Shown one piece after another: positions 37,301 through 48,073 of a stretch of 64,000 bases of DNA. Both the position numbers and the translations under genes were made by a program. Each line of letters starts with the position of its first letter. Position 1 is the first letter of the stretch. The stretch is taken from contig NC_081367.1 of the NCBI RefSeq assembly GCF_030684315.1, forward strand, positions 18,148,792 through 18,212,791, given 5' to 3'. Source of the stretch: Stegostoma tigrinum (Eukaryota). Below the pieces are notes generated by a model. It had not been told where the DNA came from. It saw only the letters and a program-made list of their open reading frames with translations, and searched no databases.

Positions 37301-38869
37301 ATTACAAGGCCGAATTTCTAGTCTATATAAGCAATGCAAGTTTCTACTGGGTCAACCTAGCTTACATTTACCCTTCAGATCAGATTTTTGAGTTTAGCTC
37401 TGCAGGAAGGGAATTCAATCTGTTTTGTACCTTTGTAATAATTATTTGAATTGCTGCGAATGAATGTCCCGAAAATACAGAAATTAAACAAAAATTAGGA
37501 AGACTGCTGAGTCAATCCTGTTCACTCATCCAGAAAGAGTCTGTCAAGCCCCCATCAAGACCTTTACCTACTTTCATTGATTCCAAGACTTTTACTTCCA
37601 TTATCATATGAAGATATTTAAATCATATCTTCATCATTATTTGTGCAAAAGAAAACATTTGGCAACAGTTCCCACTTCCCTGTTCTAATCTGAACCTAAA
37701 CCATATTGGATGAAGCAATAGAAATGAAAGTCAACAACCATACAAGTAGCACAATACCATCAATGTATGTTCATATGGTACCCTTAAAGAAATGTAATAT
37801 CTCAAGACACTTCACAGGACCATTATACATATCAGAATATGAGATCAAGCTACAAAAGAAGAAATTAAGTTGGGTAATCAAAAGCTTGGTCATCAAGTAG
37901 ATTTTAGGGATCGTTTTGAAAGAGGAAATGGGATAGATAGGCATAATCATACATAGAGAGGATTCTAGCATTTAGGACCTGGGCATTTGGAAGTATCCCA
38001 TCAATGATGTACCAGTTAATATTGGTGATGCTCAAGAAGCCAGACTTGGAGGAGCACAGATATCTTACAGCATTGTGGACTTGGAGGATGTTGTTTGTTG
38101 GCTCCTTTAGCTTTGGAAAGATTACAGAGTTATTGGTATGTTGAAACATCAACAGGTTTATTGAATCTTAACGTACTCTACATGATTGGGTCTTACAGTA
38201 CAGAAGCCTGAATATTCCTCAACAATGTCATGATAATGGTTTGGAATTCCAAAATACTGTGGAAACTTTTAACCTCTGATTCTAAAATATGTTTTTTTAA
38301 AAAAAGATTGTAATAGACAAGTAGAGGCTGTGGATTTGTATTTAGTGCAGTCTAGCAAAATCTTGTTTGGGATTCATGGAATATTGTACCTGTAAAGAGT
38401 CAGGGAAGCTTCAATCGGAGAAAGAACTAGTAGGAAGAAATAATGAGGAGGGGCTGTCTATCTCACTCTCTCTGTAGAAAGTAACCCTTTGCAGACAATT
38501 TTTATTTTGTGCCCTTCTAGGGATATACAAATAAAGGGTTCAAATCTGACTGCAACTCTGGTCTGTGTACACTTGCCGAGGAAAGTATGCTTGTGAACGA
38601 AGGTGTGCGGGAACTAAGAAATCTATGCATACTAGCCTAGGTTCAGGCAGTTGTGTGTTCCGATGTTCATTGTTGAAGAGCCACTCATTCATTATTGAAT
38701 GAATGTTACTTTCAAGGTTGTAATGAACTGCTGCCAGTGGAAAAACTAATCTGTTTCATAATCTCTGCATTATCCGTGTGTTCAAATCTCACTGTTACAT
38801 TTCTGGCCTAATCGGCGGGACGCAACAGCACAGGCATCAAATCATGCCAATAAGGTTGACGTGGGATGT

Positions 38870-39100
38870 GAGCAAAAATAGCTGGGCCAGCATTTATTGC
38901 TCATCCCTCATTACTCTTGAGAGGATGGCAGTGAACTGCCTTGTTGAACTACTGCAGTCCATTTAGTGCAGGTAAGCCTACAATGCTGCTAGGGAAACAA
39001 TTCCAAGAGTTTGACCCAGTGGCACTGAAGATATAACAGCATGTTTCCAAGTTTGCATGGTGTTGAGGCTTGGAGGGGAGCTTGAAGGTGATAGTGTTCT
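38870..39100 (-). mobile_element. Non-LTR retrotransposon 3' end
   Basis: Minus-strand PSKPQHHANLE..FSATGSNSWNCFP is an ORF2 C-terminal WN motif followed by a 3' UTR. Confidence 0.5.
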
Positions 39101-40077
39101 CAGACTCTTGCTGTGATTTGTGATCTGATTGATGCCATTTCACTCATCTGGATCAGAGCACTTGACCTCTTCCATCTGTCCACAAACATCCTTTTCATTG
39201 TCTGGGGTTTCTGGTAATTCATGACCTGATTGAAAATCACATTTAAGTGAGGATGTGGTTTTGGGTTGAACATATTAAGAGCCATCCAGGCATCCTTGTA
39301 AGGCATGCATGGTGACTGCTATGAATAGCACATTACAAGGTCAGCAAAAGGTATTCAGAAGTCTTTGACCTTGATCTGTGCACTCATGCTGTATCAGCCT
39401 GTACAGGACCCCAGAACTGTTCAAGCACCAGGGAATTGGGTTTGATCTTCTACCTTCCCCAAAACCATCACTGCTTTTGAAGACTCATACCAACTGTCTC
39501 CCACTGGTTGATATTAGGCCTGGCTAGGACTTCATGTGTCACGTGCAACAGAGTTCCCATTTGGTGTAACTCTAGCCGCTATGGTATAACTGAATCACAA
39601 AACTGTTTAGTTGATGGTCACTGTATGCTATGTGTAGTTGTCAGAACAGCAAACAGGAGGAAAGAGTGTCTTTGGTAGAAAGAGGCCTCTAGGGTAGAAG
39701 AATCAGACAGAAAAGGATTCCCACAACTAGATACAAATCATTAGATGCTGGAGCAGATGTAGGCCATTCATCACATCATGTCTGCTCTTCCAATCAATGA
39801 GATTATGGCTAATTGGATGACCTTCAACTTCACTTTCTGCTTTTTCCCTATAACTTTTGATTGGCATTATTCCCTGTAAATATAGTGTATTCCATGCTTA
39901 ACCTTGATTTTTCTTCATGTTTGTAATGACCGGTGATGCCAGTGGAATAAAGAATCCCTGCTTTATGATCTTCAGGCAGTTCACGTACTCAAAATTCATG
40001 TTTCAAGCAGTTGCTATGTGTATAAATTTGTACCCTGGAGAAAGGGCAATGTTCTGCAGAATGAGAGATGAGAGATC

Positions 40078-40289
40078 AGAGATAATGGGAACTGCAGATG
40101 CTGGAGAATCCGAGATAACAAAGTGTGGAGCTGAATGAACACAGCAGGCCAAGCAGCATCTCAGGATCACAAAAGCTGACATTTTGAGCCTAGGCCCTTC
40201 CTCAGGGTCTAGGCCCGAAAGATCAGCTTTTGTGCTCCTGAGATGCTGCTTGGCTTGCTGTGTTCATCCAGCTCCAAACTTTGTTATCT
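40078..40289. mobile_element. Palindromic PLE mini-element (family A) with TSD
   Basis: Arms meet at ~40200; ATGTTCTGCAGAATG (40049-40063) / ATGTTCTGGAGAATG (40290-40304); AGAGAT stutter between the left TSD and the element. Confidence 0.85.
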
Positions 40290-40494
40290 ATGTTCTGGAG
40301 AATGTCTGATTACTAAGACACTTTGAATGAAAGGAACAAAGGGAAGAGGTTTGAGGTTAGATTTCTATCTGGGATATGACTAGTTCAGTAATGATATCGA
40401 TTGGAATGAAAATGTACTGCATCATCTGTCCATTCTGTAAGATTACTAATGTTTGCCTGTAATTTGTGTGGTCTTTCTCAGTAGCAACACTGGA

Positions 40495-41005
40495 ACACAG
40501 GAGCACAGAACCTAGGAAAAGGAGTAGGCCATTTGACTCTATGAACCTGCTCCACCATTTAATAAGATCACGACAGATTGCCTTGTGGTCTTGACTCCAA
40601 CTTCCAGTCTGCCCCCCAAAACATTTTCCGTGCCTCAGAATTCAATCTAAATCAATTTGGAAAATTTAGCAACTCAAACTCCTCTGCTTCCTGGGGAAGA
40701 GTATTCCACAGACTAACTACCCTCCGAGAGAAAAAGAAAGCATCATCTCTGACCTTTAGTTTTTTTATACTGAGTTCACCAGATTCAGTCTCTCCCACAA
40801 GGGTTCAAACCTCCTGGTCCATCCTAATAAGTCACCTCAGGATCTTTTACATTTCAATAAAATCCGTTCCCTATCCTTCAAATTCCAATGGATTTAGGCC
40901 TAATCTGATGTGAACCCTCTTTATCACATAAGTCCTTCATACCCATGAAATGAGTTAAGTGAGCCTTCTCTAAACAGCATCCAACCAAGCCAAATCCTTT
41001 TCAAA
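40495..41005 (-). mobile_element. CR1 LINE 3' fragment
   Basis: AGGAGTAGGCCATTTG..CCTGCTCCACCATTTAATAAGATCA..GGGGAAGAGTATTCCACAGAC is the reverse of a CR1 3' end. Confidence 0.65.
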
Positions 41006-41666
41006 CAATGCCATGAATGTGTAGTTAAATATTGTATATTTTATAAAGAAGGTTAATTTGACGTTATATAATAGACTCAACACATAAAAATGGCTGCCAG
41101 AAGTTATATGCCTGATTCTTGTTCATTTATCGCAACCAGCCAAAAAGCAGGCAGACTGGCTTGATATCTCAACAGTAGCCACAAAGAGATCCATCTGAAA
41201 CTCAATTACACCGTTTTTAAGATGTCAAAATCCAAAACTTCTGAGCCAAGCAAGGTACTGGACAGAACAGGGAATTCAGCATAACTGACACTGCTATGTG
41301 GGACCACAATTTGTTAGCACTTAAGCAGCCATCTTAGGTGTGAAGTTCATCAAAGGTGAAACACCATTTTATAATTAGAACTTCCCTGAAGATCACTGGT
41401 AGGCAACATCAAAGGAGAAGAGAATTCTCAACTAAAAAGAAAGGGCTGAAAAAGCACAGATAATCTGCAAATATGCTAACCACAGAATTAGTGAGAAACC
41501 AGAAACTTTCTCTCTCTCTTTTAAAGCCTATACGTCTGGGAAAATATCAGCTATTCAAATACAGAAACAAAAGCAGTTACTGGCTTCAAGGATTAATCTC
41601 TTCATTTCAGCAAGAACAAACTCAAACAACAAGCCTGAACAACACATGACAGAAAATTATTTATTC

Positions 41667-41906
41667 AGAGATAGTAGGAACTGCCGATGCCGAAGAATCT
41701 GAGATAACAAGGTGTAGAGCTGGATGAACACAGCAGGCCAAGCAGCATCAGAGGAGCTGGAAAGCTGATGTTTCGGATCTGGACCCTTCTTCAGAAATTC
41801 TTAATTTTGATTTCTGAAGAAGGGCCCAGACCAGAAACGTCAGCCTTCCTGCTCCCCTGATGCTGCTTGGCCTGCTGTGTTCATCCAGCTCTACACCTTG
41901 TTATCA
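41667..41906. mobile_element. Palindromic PLE mini-element (family B)
   Basis: Inverted arms around an AT loop at 41798-41810; CTGAAGA-type hammerhead cores; degenerate TSD ACAGAAAATTATT / ACGGAAATTTATT. Confidence 0.85.
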
Positions 41907-42419
41907 CGGAAATTTATTGGACCTTTTACCTTGTAAGTTTTCCTTTGTCTTATCCGAATTTGTTTAAATCAGTCTCTGTAATTTTTATTTACTAAATATT
42001 TTTCTTTGTTTTTAAGGAGTCTTCAGCAATAACTTGTAATGAAGCAACATTTAACCTGTTTAAACAAACTGCTTGTCTACTTTAGCTTAAATCTCACAAA
42101 GTAAAAAAGGGGGATAAATTAGTTTTACTAAATCACAGTACATTGGCCAAACAGTGGATATGTCTGACAACTGGAACTTCATGTACGAGAGGGGATGGCA
42201 AGCCGAAGCCAAAATTCAAACAAAAGTTAAGATTTACTCCACTGCGAAGCAAGCTGAATTTGATTTGCAATTAACATGGAAGTGGAAGTAAAGTATCAGA
42301 ATCAACCTGTTTAAAAGCCAAACTAGATTTACAATGATGAGATCTTGTTTTGTATACGTATTAATAATAGTGAGATGGTGACTTTTGATGATCAAGACCT
42401 TACCAATCATAACAACACA

Positions 42420-44110
42420 AGAACTAGGAGCAGCAGTCAACTATTTGATCCACTTATGTCTGCCCACTGTTCTAAAAGATCAAAGCTAATCTGGCCCTGA
42501 ACTCAACTCCTCTTTAAAACCAGTTCCTCATAGACCTTGATAATAAAATGTGAGGCTGGATGAACACAGCAGGCCCAGCAGCATCTCAGGAGCATCATAG
42601 ACCTTAACTCCTTGATACTTCAAAAATCTATCTCTTTAAATAATATCATATCCGGCCTGCATAACTCTCTGGGGTGGAAAATTCCAGATATTCATTACCC
42701 TCTGGGAGAGGAAATTTCTTTGCGTCTCAGTTTTAAAAGAATTTCCCCTTTTTCTTTAATTGGTACAAGTTCAAAATTCCTCACTAGTGGAAACATCTTC
42801 TTAACATCACCCTGTTAAAATATTGCCTGTTCTATAAGATCATCCCTCATTCTCCTAAATTTGAATGAATAAAGGCCCAACCCATGTAATTGTTTTTGAC
42901 AAGCTTACACCCTTGATCCCAGAAATCAGCCTAATCAAGCTCCTTTGAGCAGCCTTCAATGGCAATATATGAGAGGCATAGATAGAGTGGATAGTCAGAG
43001 AGTTATTTCCAGGGCATAATTTTGAGGTGATTAGAGGAAGGCATAGGGGAGATATCTGAGGTAGGTTCTTTACACAGAAAGTGGTGGGCATGTGGAGTGT
43101 GCTGCTGGCCTTGGTAGTGGAGTCAGATACTTTAGAGAAGTTTAAGTGACTCTTTGATAGGCACATGGATAATAAAATGTAAGATATGCAGGGTAGTTTG
43201 ACCTTAGTAGGATAATAGGTTGGCACAACATTGTGGGCCGAAGGGCCTGTACTCTGTGTACTGTTCTATGATCTATGATCTTAAACATGGGAGCCAAATT
43301 GCACATGGTGTTCTAGGTGCAGCCTCACTATATCCTGTACAGTTGGGACTATTCCTATTTTTAAATTCCAACTTTCTTAATGACTAGCTTCACCCGCATG
43401 TTAACTTTTTATGTTTCACGAACAGAAACAGCCAGGTCCTCCTGTACAAAACTTTTTTGGAGTCTCTCTCTCCATTCAAGTATTTGCCTTTTGTTTCTTC
43501 CTACCAAAATGCATGACCTCACACAAGCCTGAATTAACCCCTATCTACAAAGTTTTTGCCCACTCACTCAAACTATCTATATCCCTTTGCAGATTCTTTA
43601 CATCCCCATCACAACATGCCCTCCCACCTGTTTTTATTATCATAGGCCAATTTGGATCCATTACTCTTCTCACTCCTCTAAGTTGTTAATATAAATAGTA
43701 AATAATTGAGGTCCTCGGACTGAATCTTGCGACACTTTACTAGTTTTGCCTTTCTGATCTGAAAAAGACTCATCAAGCCCAACTCTCTGCTTTCACTGAG
43801 CTAACCAATCCTCGATCCATGTTAAAACATTATTCTCAATGTCATGAATTGCTAGGTTGTGCAAGTCCTTTTAGATGCTACCTCATTGACTGCCTTCTGG
43901 AAGCCCAAATGTACTACACCTATGAGTTCTGACTTATCAACACTGCTGGTTAAATCCTCAAAGAACTCTAGCAAATTTGTCAAACATGATTTCACTTTCA
44001 CAAAGCTATATTGAATCTGTTTGATTGCAGTAAGCTTGTCTCAATGCCCTGTTATTCCTTCCTTTAAATATTCCAGCGTTTATCCTAATGATGGATGTTA
44101 GGCTAACTGA
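42420..44110 (-). mobile_element. Old CR1 LINE (minus), containing a younger plus-strand CR1 3' end (~42968-43280) and a PLE tail insertion
   Basis: Reverse-strand CR1 RT/3' UTR remnants; nested segment ends GGGCCGAAGGGCCTGTACT..TGTTCTATGATCTATG. Confidence 0.65.
42539..42594 (-). mobile_element. 56-nt PLE terminal fragment with TSD
   Basis: GATAATAAAATGTGAGGCTGGATGAACACAGCAGGCCCAGCAGCATCTCAGGAGCA flanked by TCATAGACCTT (42528-42538, 42595-42605). Confidence 0.85.
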
Positions 44111-44234
44111 CCATTGATTTGGGAGCATTCAAGTTGGTAGAAGTTATAGTCCTTAGATATGAACCGTTTAAATCATTGCTATAAAAGTAGGTCTTCAAAT
44201 CCCAAACAAAACAGACAGACAGGGATTCTTGTGA

Positions 44235-44600
44235 ATGCTGGCTGAACACTTTGAGTTCAACCCACTGTCAGACCAGACGACAGAAATTGAATCAAAACCT
44301 GGCCTGGTTATTTCAGCTCAGTTGGACCTGGAAAATTTAGAGACAGTGTTGGAGTTTAAAACCAGAGAAAAAGAGATAGAAACACCAATTCAGAGAGAAG
44401 AAAGATTAGCCAGAGAACAAGCTAGACAGAGATGTGGAGTTTCAGCAACAAAGGCTGGAGTTAGAACTACACATGCAGAGAGATAAAGAACAAAAACACT
44501 TTGAAGCTGCTAGGAAACATCTCACTGCCTAATTGTAACTCAAATCCCAGTAACCCCAAAATATGTCTCAAATTTTGAAGTTTTCCAAATTCTCCAAAGT
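44235..44600 (+). mobile_element. Possible Gypsy-type gag remnant
   Basis: E/R/K-rich coiled-coil LEFKTREKEIE..REERLAREQ followed by PK-F-like remnants; weak. Confidence 0.3.
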
Positions 44601-44604
44601 TGTT

Positions 44605-44945
44605 CATAGAGGTTTATAAAAGCATGAAGGGCATGGATAACATGAATGGTGAAGCTCATTTTCCCAGGGTAGGGGGGTCCTAACCTAGAGGGCATAGGTT
44701 TAAGGTCTGGGGGGAAAGATTATAAAAGGAACCTAAGGGGCAACTTTTTCATGCTGAGAGTAGAACATGTATGGAATAAACTGCCAGATTTAGTGGTGGA
44801 GGCTAAAAGGCACCTGATTGAGTGCACAAATAGGAGGGTTTAAAAGGATATGGATCAAATGCTGGCAAATGGAACTAGATTAATTTAGGATATCTGGTTG
44901 GCATGGACGGGTAAGGATCTGTTACCATGCCATCCAACTCTATAA
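44605..44945 (+). mobile_element. CR1 LINE 3' fragment
   Basis: ATAGAGGTTTATAAAAGCATGAAGGGCATGGATA..AGAGGGCATAGGTTTAAGGT..GGATATGGATCAAATGCTGGCAAATGG. Confidence 0.75.
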
Positions 44946-45951
44946 ATCTGAGGGATAGAGATAGAATTCTTTGAAATAACTCCACAGAGGCTGGTATCCT
45001 ATCACCAGGTCACCATTTACTTACATGTGGAAAGTCCTTGACATTGATCTAGCTACCTCAGAGCCAGCTCTCGGAGTGACAGGATGTTTTTATCTGTCTG
45101 CCAGAGCTGCCTGATTGGACCGGATTAACAGCCCCAATCAGGGAACTCATATTCTATGAAGATCATCTGGCTAATGTCATTCCAATCACTAAGTCCTTCT
45201 TTACCGTTTTCTGCAAAGAAACATTTATGCGAGAAGCTATGAGCCTGCCAGTTAACAGTAAAAGGCCAAGACATTTGTTCTTGCCTATTTCTGATCTGAC
45301 TGCTGATAACAAACAGATTAAGGAGGTATGCCTTAGTGTGTGGCATCTCATGCCAGAAGCAAATTGTCAGCAATTTCAAGTTTCATGTTTAAAGTGTAAA
45401 TGTACATGAACAATTCTAACTAATGAGGAATACTCTGAGATGCCCTTCTCCAGTAAAACCAGTGCCATTAAAGTTTGATTTATTCTTCTATGTGTACCTT
45501 TTCTGCTTAAACTTAAGAGGGCGCCATTGGATTTAAAAAAAAACAAACTGGTCAGTTCATAAATTGAAACAGATCTGAATTTGTTCATAGAAAGGGCACA
45601 TTGTAAAAATCTTCAAGGAAGAGAAGTGACGTTTTTTTTCTTGTCAATTTAGGCCAAGCCAATTTAAACATTTTGTCCCAAAGCTAGCCAGGAGCGCATT
45701 CAAAGTCCGAAGCTCAATTTTATTTTGAAGCCTTTCTTTCAATCACTGCAGTCCCTTAAAAGATATGTAAGTATCGAGATTCTATTTAGAAATCTTTAAG
45801 TATAAATTGAACCATTGATCTATAAATAAAATGAAATTTAGTTTAAAACTTTCAAATTTATTTGCAAAGCACATAAATGGTTTAATTTGTAATCACTGCT
45901 AAATATTTGAATAAGATGGGACTGATTAGATGTTTTTTTTCATTAGTTAAA

Positions 45952-46009
45952 ATGAAGTGCATTGTCTGTATTGGGCTATTTATATTTCTCGTCCTGAACA
46001 TCCTGACTG
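45952..46009 (+). CDS. OTOS: Otospiralin coding exon 1 (signal peptide)
   Basis: Acceptor TTTTTTTTCATTAG at 45946; MKCIVCIGLFIFLVLNILT+G, 58 nt, donor GTAAGT; a possible non-coding upstream exon ends at 45766 (GTAAGT). Confidence 0.85.
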
Positions 46010-46253
46010 GTAAGTTTCGCAAAAACTAGTTGTGAAACATTTTAAAGCTTCAAAATTGCTATGAGTTCTAAAAACTAATGTTGACATTTTAAAATATTTT
46101 AAGGTGATTCTAATTTTGTTCAGTAACCTAGATGAATGTTTAAAATGCCATGTTGGCAGTGCTCAAATGAAGTGTTTTATTTCAGAGCTATGAAAAGCCC
46201 TTTGTGAGTTGTGTGGCTGAATTCTGATCATGTCTCCATTTATTTATTTGCAG

Positions 46254-46280
46254 ATGCCAGTGTAATCCGACAGTCAGATG
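46254..46280 (+). CDS. OTOS: Otospiralin coding exon 2 (27-nt micro-exon)
   Basis: TTTATTTGCAG acceptor, (D)ASVIRQSD+G, GTAAAA donor; phase 1/1 keeps the frame. Confidence 0.8.
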
Positions 46281-47214
46281 GTAAAAAAAGAGACATTTTA
46301 TATATACTATATACATTTTGTTTTATTCCAGTGATTTTTTAATTGTATATAACCTTGCTATAATCACCCCAGCATAGAAATGTAGTTTGGATTTGAAACC
46401 CATGGATTATTTAAGTGTCATCTCAGGTAGAAAGTAGAGGTTAGAGAAGAAAAACAGGAATAAGATTCACATCCAAAAGAGGCAAGTTGACGATCCTTTA
46501 GATTTAGAGGAAAAATAAATTATTTACACCTCAGAAGAAAGCTTAAAGCATAACAAGGTGAATACAAACAGGCATCTGTATTGCAAATAGCTTGAATGAC
46601 TGCATGGGCAGCGGAAAGCTGGCAGGTAATAAAAGGTTAGTTGAAATAAAATGTCAAATACATTTTCTGTGGCAACTCTTATAAAATACTTACAATGCTC
46701 TGTATGGATCACACAGTTTAAATATAATTATAGGGCAATGTATGATTTTCATTAAGTCCTGAATTATTTGGACATAATACTGTGAATTTTCAAAGCTAAG
46801 GATATATATGGGTAACAAAAGTGGTGATATTGCTTTGATATTAGAATGTGTAGTATTTGTGCTTATTTACTGATAATCAGGATATGACACGCATTTATAG
46901 ATTATTTATATTCACAGATGATTTAGGTATCAATATACCTGTTTTAGATTTCTAGTATTATTTCAATGTATCTGCAGTGCAGCTAAAGTATTTTTATGAT
47001 GAGTATCAGTACTATAATGAAAGTATATTGATATTGTAGGGTGCCCGTATTATATTAATATACAGAAGTCAATTTATGTGGAATATATTTGAATTGGCAA
47101 TTATGTAGCATACGACAGCCGGGTTGCCAATATTATCAAATTGTTTTTTACTGATAAACGCATTGTATTCTCATGTCAGAAGCATCTATTTGTGGATTTT
47201 CCCTCCGTATATAG

Positions 47215-47444
47215 CTCACCATGTGGAAAAACGAAGCCCACCTTATTGGCCTTACTCCACCACTGATTTCTGGCGATATGTAGAGTATTTCCGAAGCATT
47301 GGAGACTATGAAAGGATCCAGCAACTGGCACACACTTTCTTTGCTCATTTTCCTATAGGGAATACTATGGGCTACGACACTCCTGAGCAACAAGAAGTAC
47401 AAAAAGAAGTACAAGTCGAGATTGCAAAGGAAGCACATGAATAG
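47215..47444 (+). CDS. OTOS: Otospiralin coding exon 3 (conserved domain, stop codon)
   Basis: PYWPYSTTDFWRYVEYFRSIGDYERIQQLAHTFFAHFPIGNTMGY matches mammalian otospiralin [38 protein letters not shown]; spliced CDS 315 nt = 104 aa. Confidence 0.95.
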
Positions 47445-47937
47445 GGAAAAAAAGATACGATGAGTGGGTACCATTTGGTTTAACATGTAAACAAGTAGAA
47501 TTACAGTGAACTGCATTGTTACTGAATTATTGTAACATTATAATCTGCTCTCTCTGTCTGTTGCATCTAAATAGGGATTAATTATGTGATTCCTTTTATA
47601 TAGTCCCATTCCAGAATTTGCTTGCATTGTATTAAAAGCTTCTCTTAATTTATGCATCCTCATTCTAGTTTGGAAAGAAATGGTTTGTTTTAGTTTTTGT
47701 CACATTAAATTGTAATGTTTTAATGTATGTGATGGGGAGGAGAGATTGTTGTAATCGTTGGTCATTTATATGGATTGTTCAAATGGGCCTAATTTCTTTT
47801 TAAACATGCAATGTCATAAATTCAGAGTTTACTGTGCATAGGCTGATTTATGTCTACATGACTAGATGAATTAAAACACAAGTGCCAATTGAATTGGAGT
47901 ATAATTATGCAATTTATTGTATTGAGAATACCATCAG

Positions 47938-48073
47938 TTGGATAAGCATATGGACATACATGGAATAGTGTAGGTTAGACGGGCTTCAGATTGGTATGAC
48001 AGGTCGACACAACATCGAGGGCCGAAGGGCCTGTACTGTGCTGTAATGTTCTATGTTCTATATGTTCTATGTT
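47938..48073 (+). mobile_element. Short CR1 3' end with (ATGTTCT)n tail
   Basis: CACAACATCGAGGGCCGAAGGGCCTGTACTGTGCTGTAATGTTCTATGTTCTATATGTTCTATGTTC. Confidence 0.8.
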
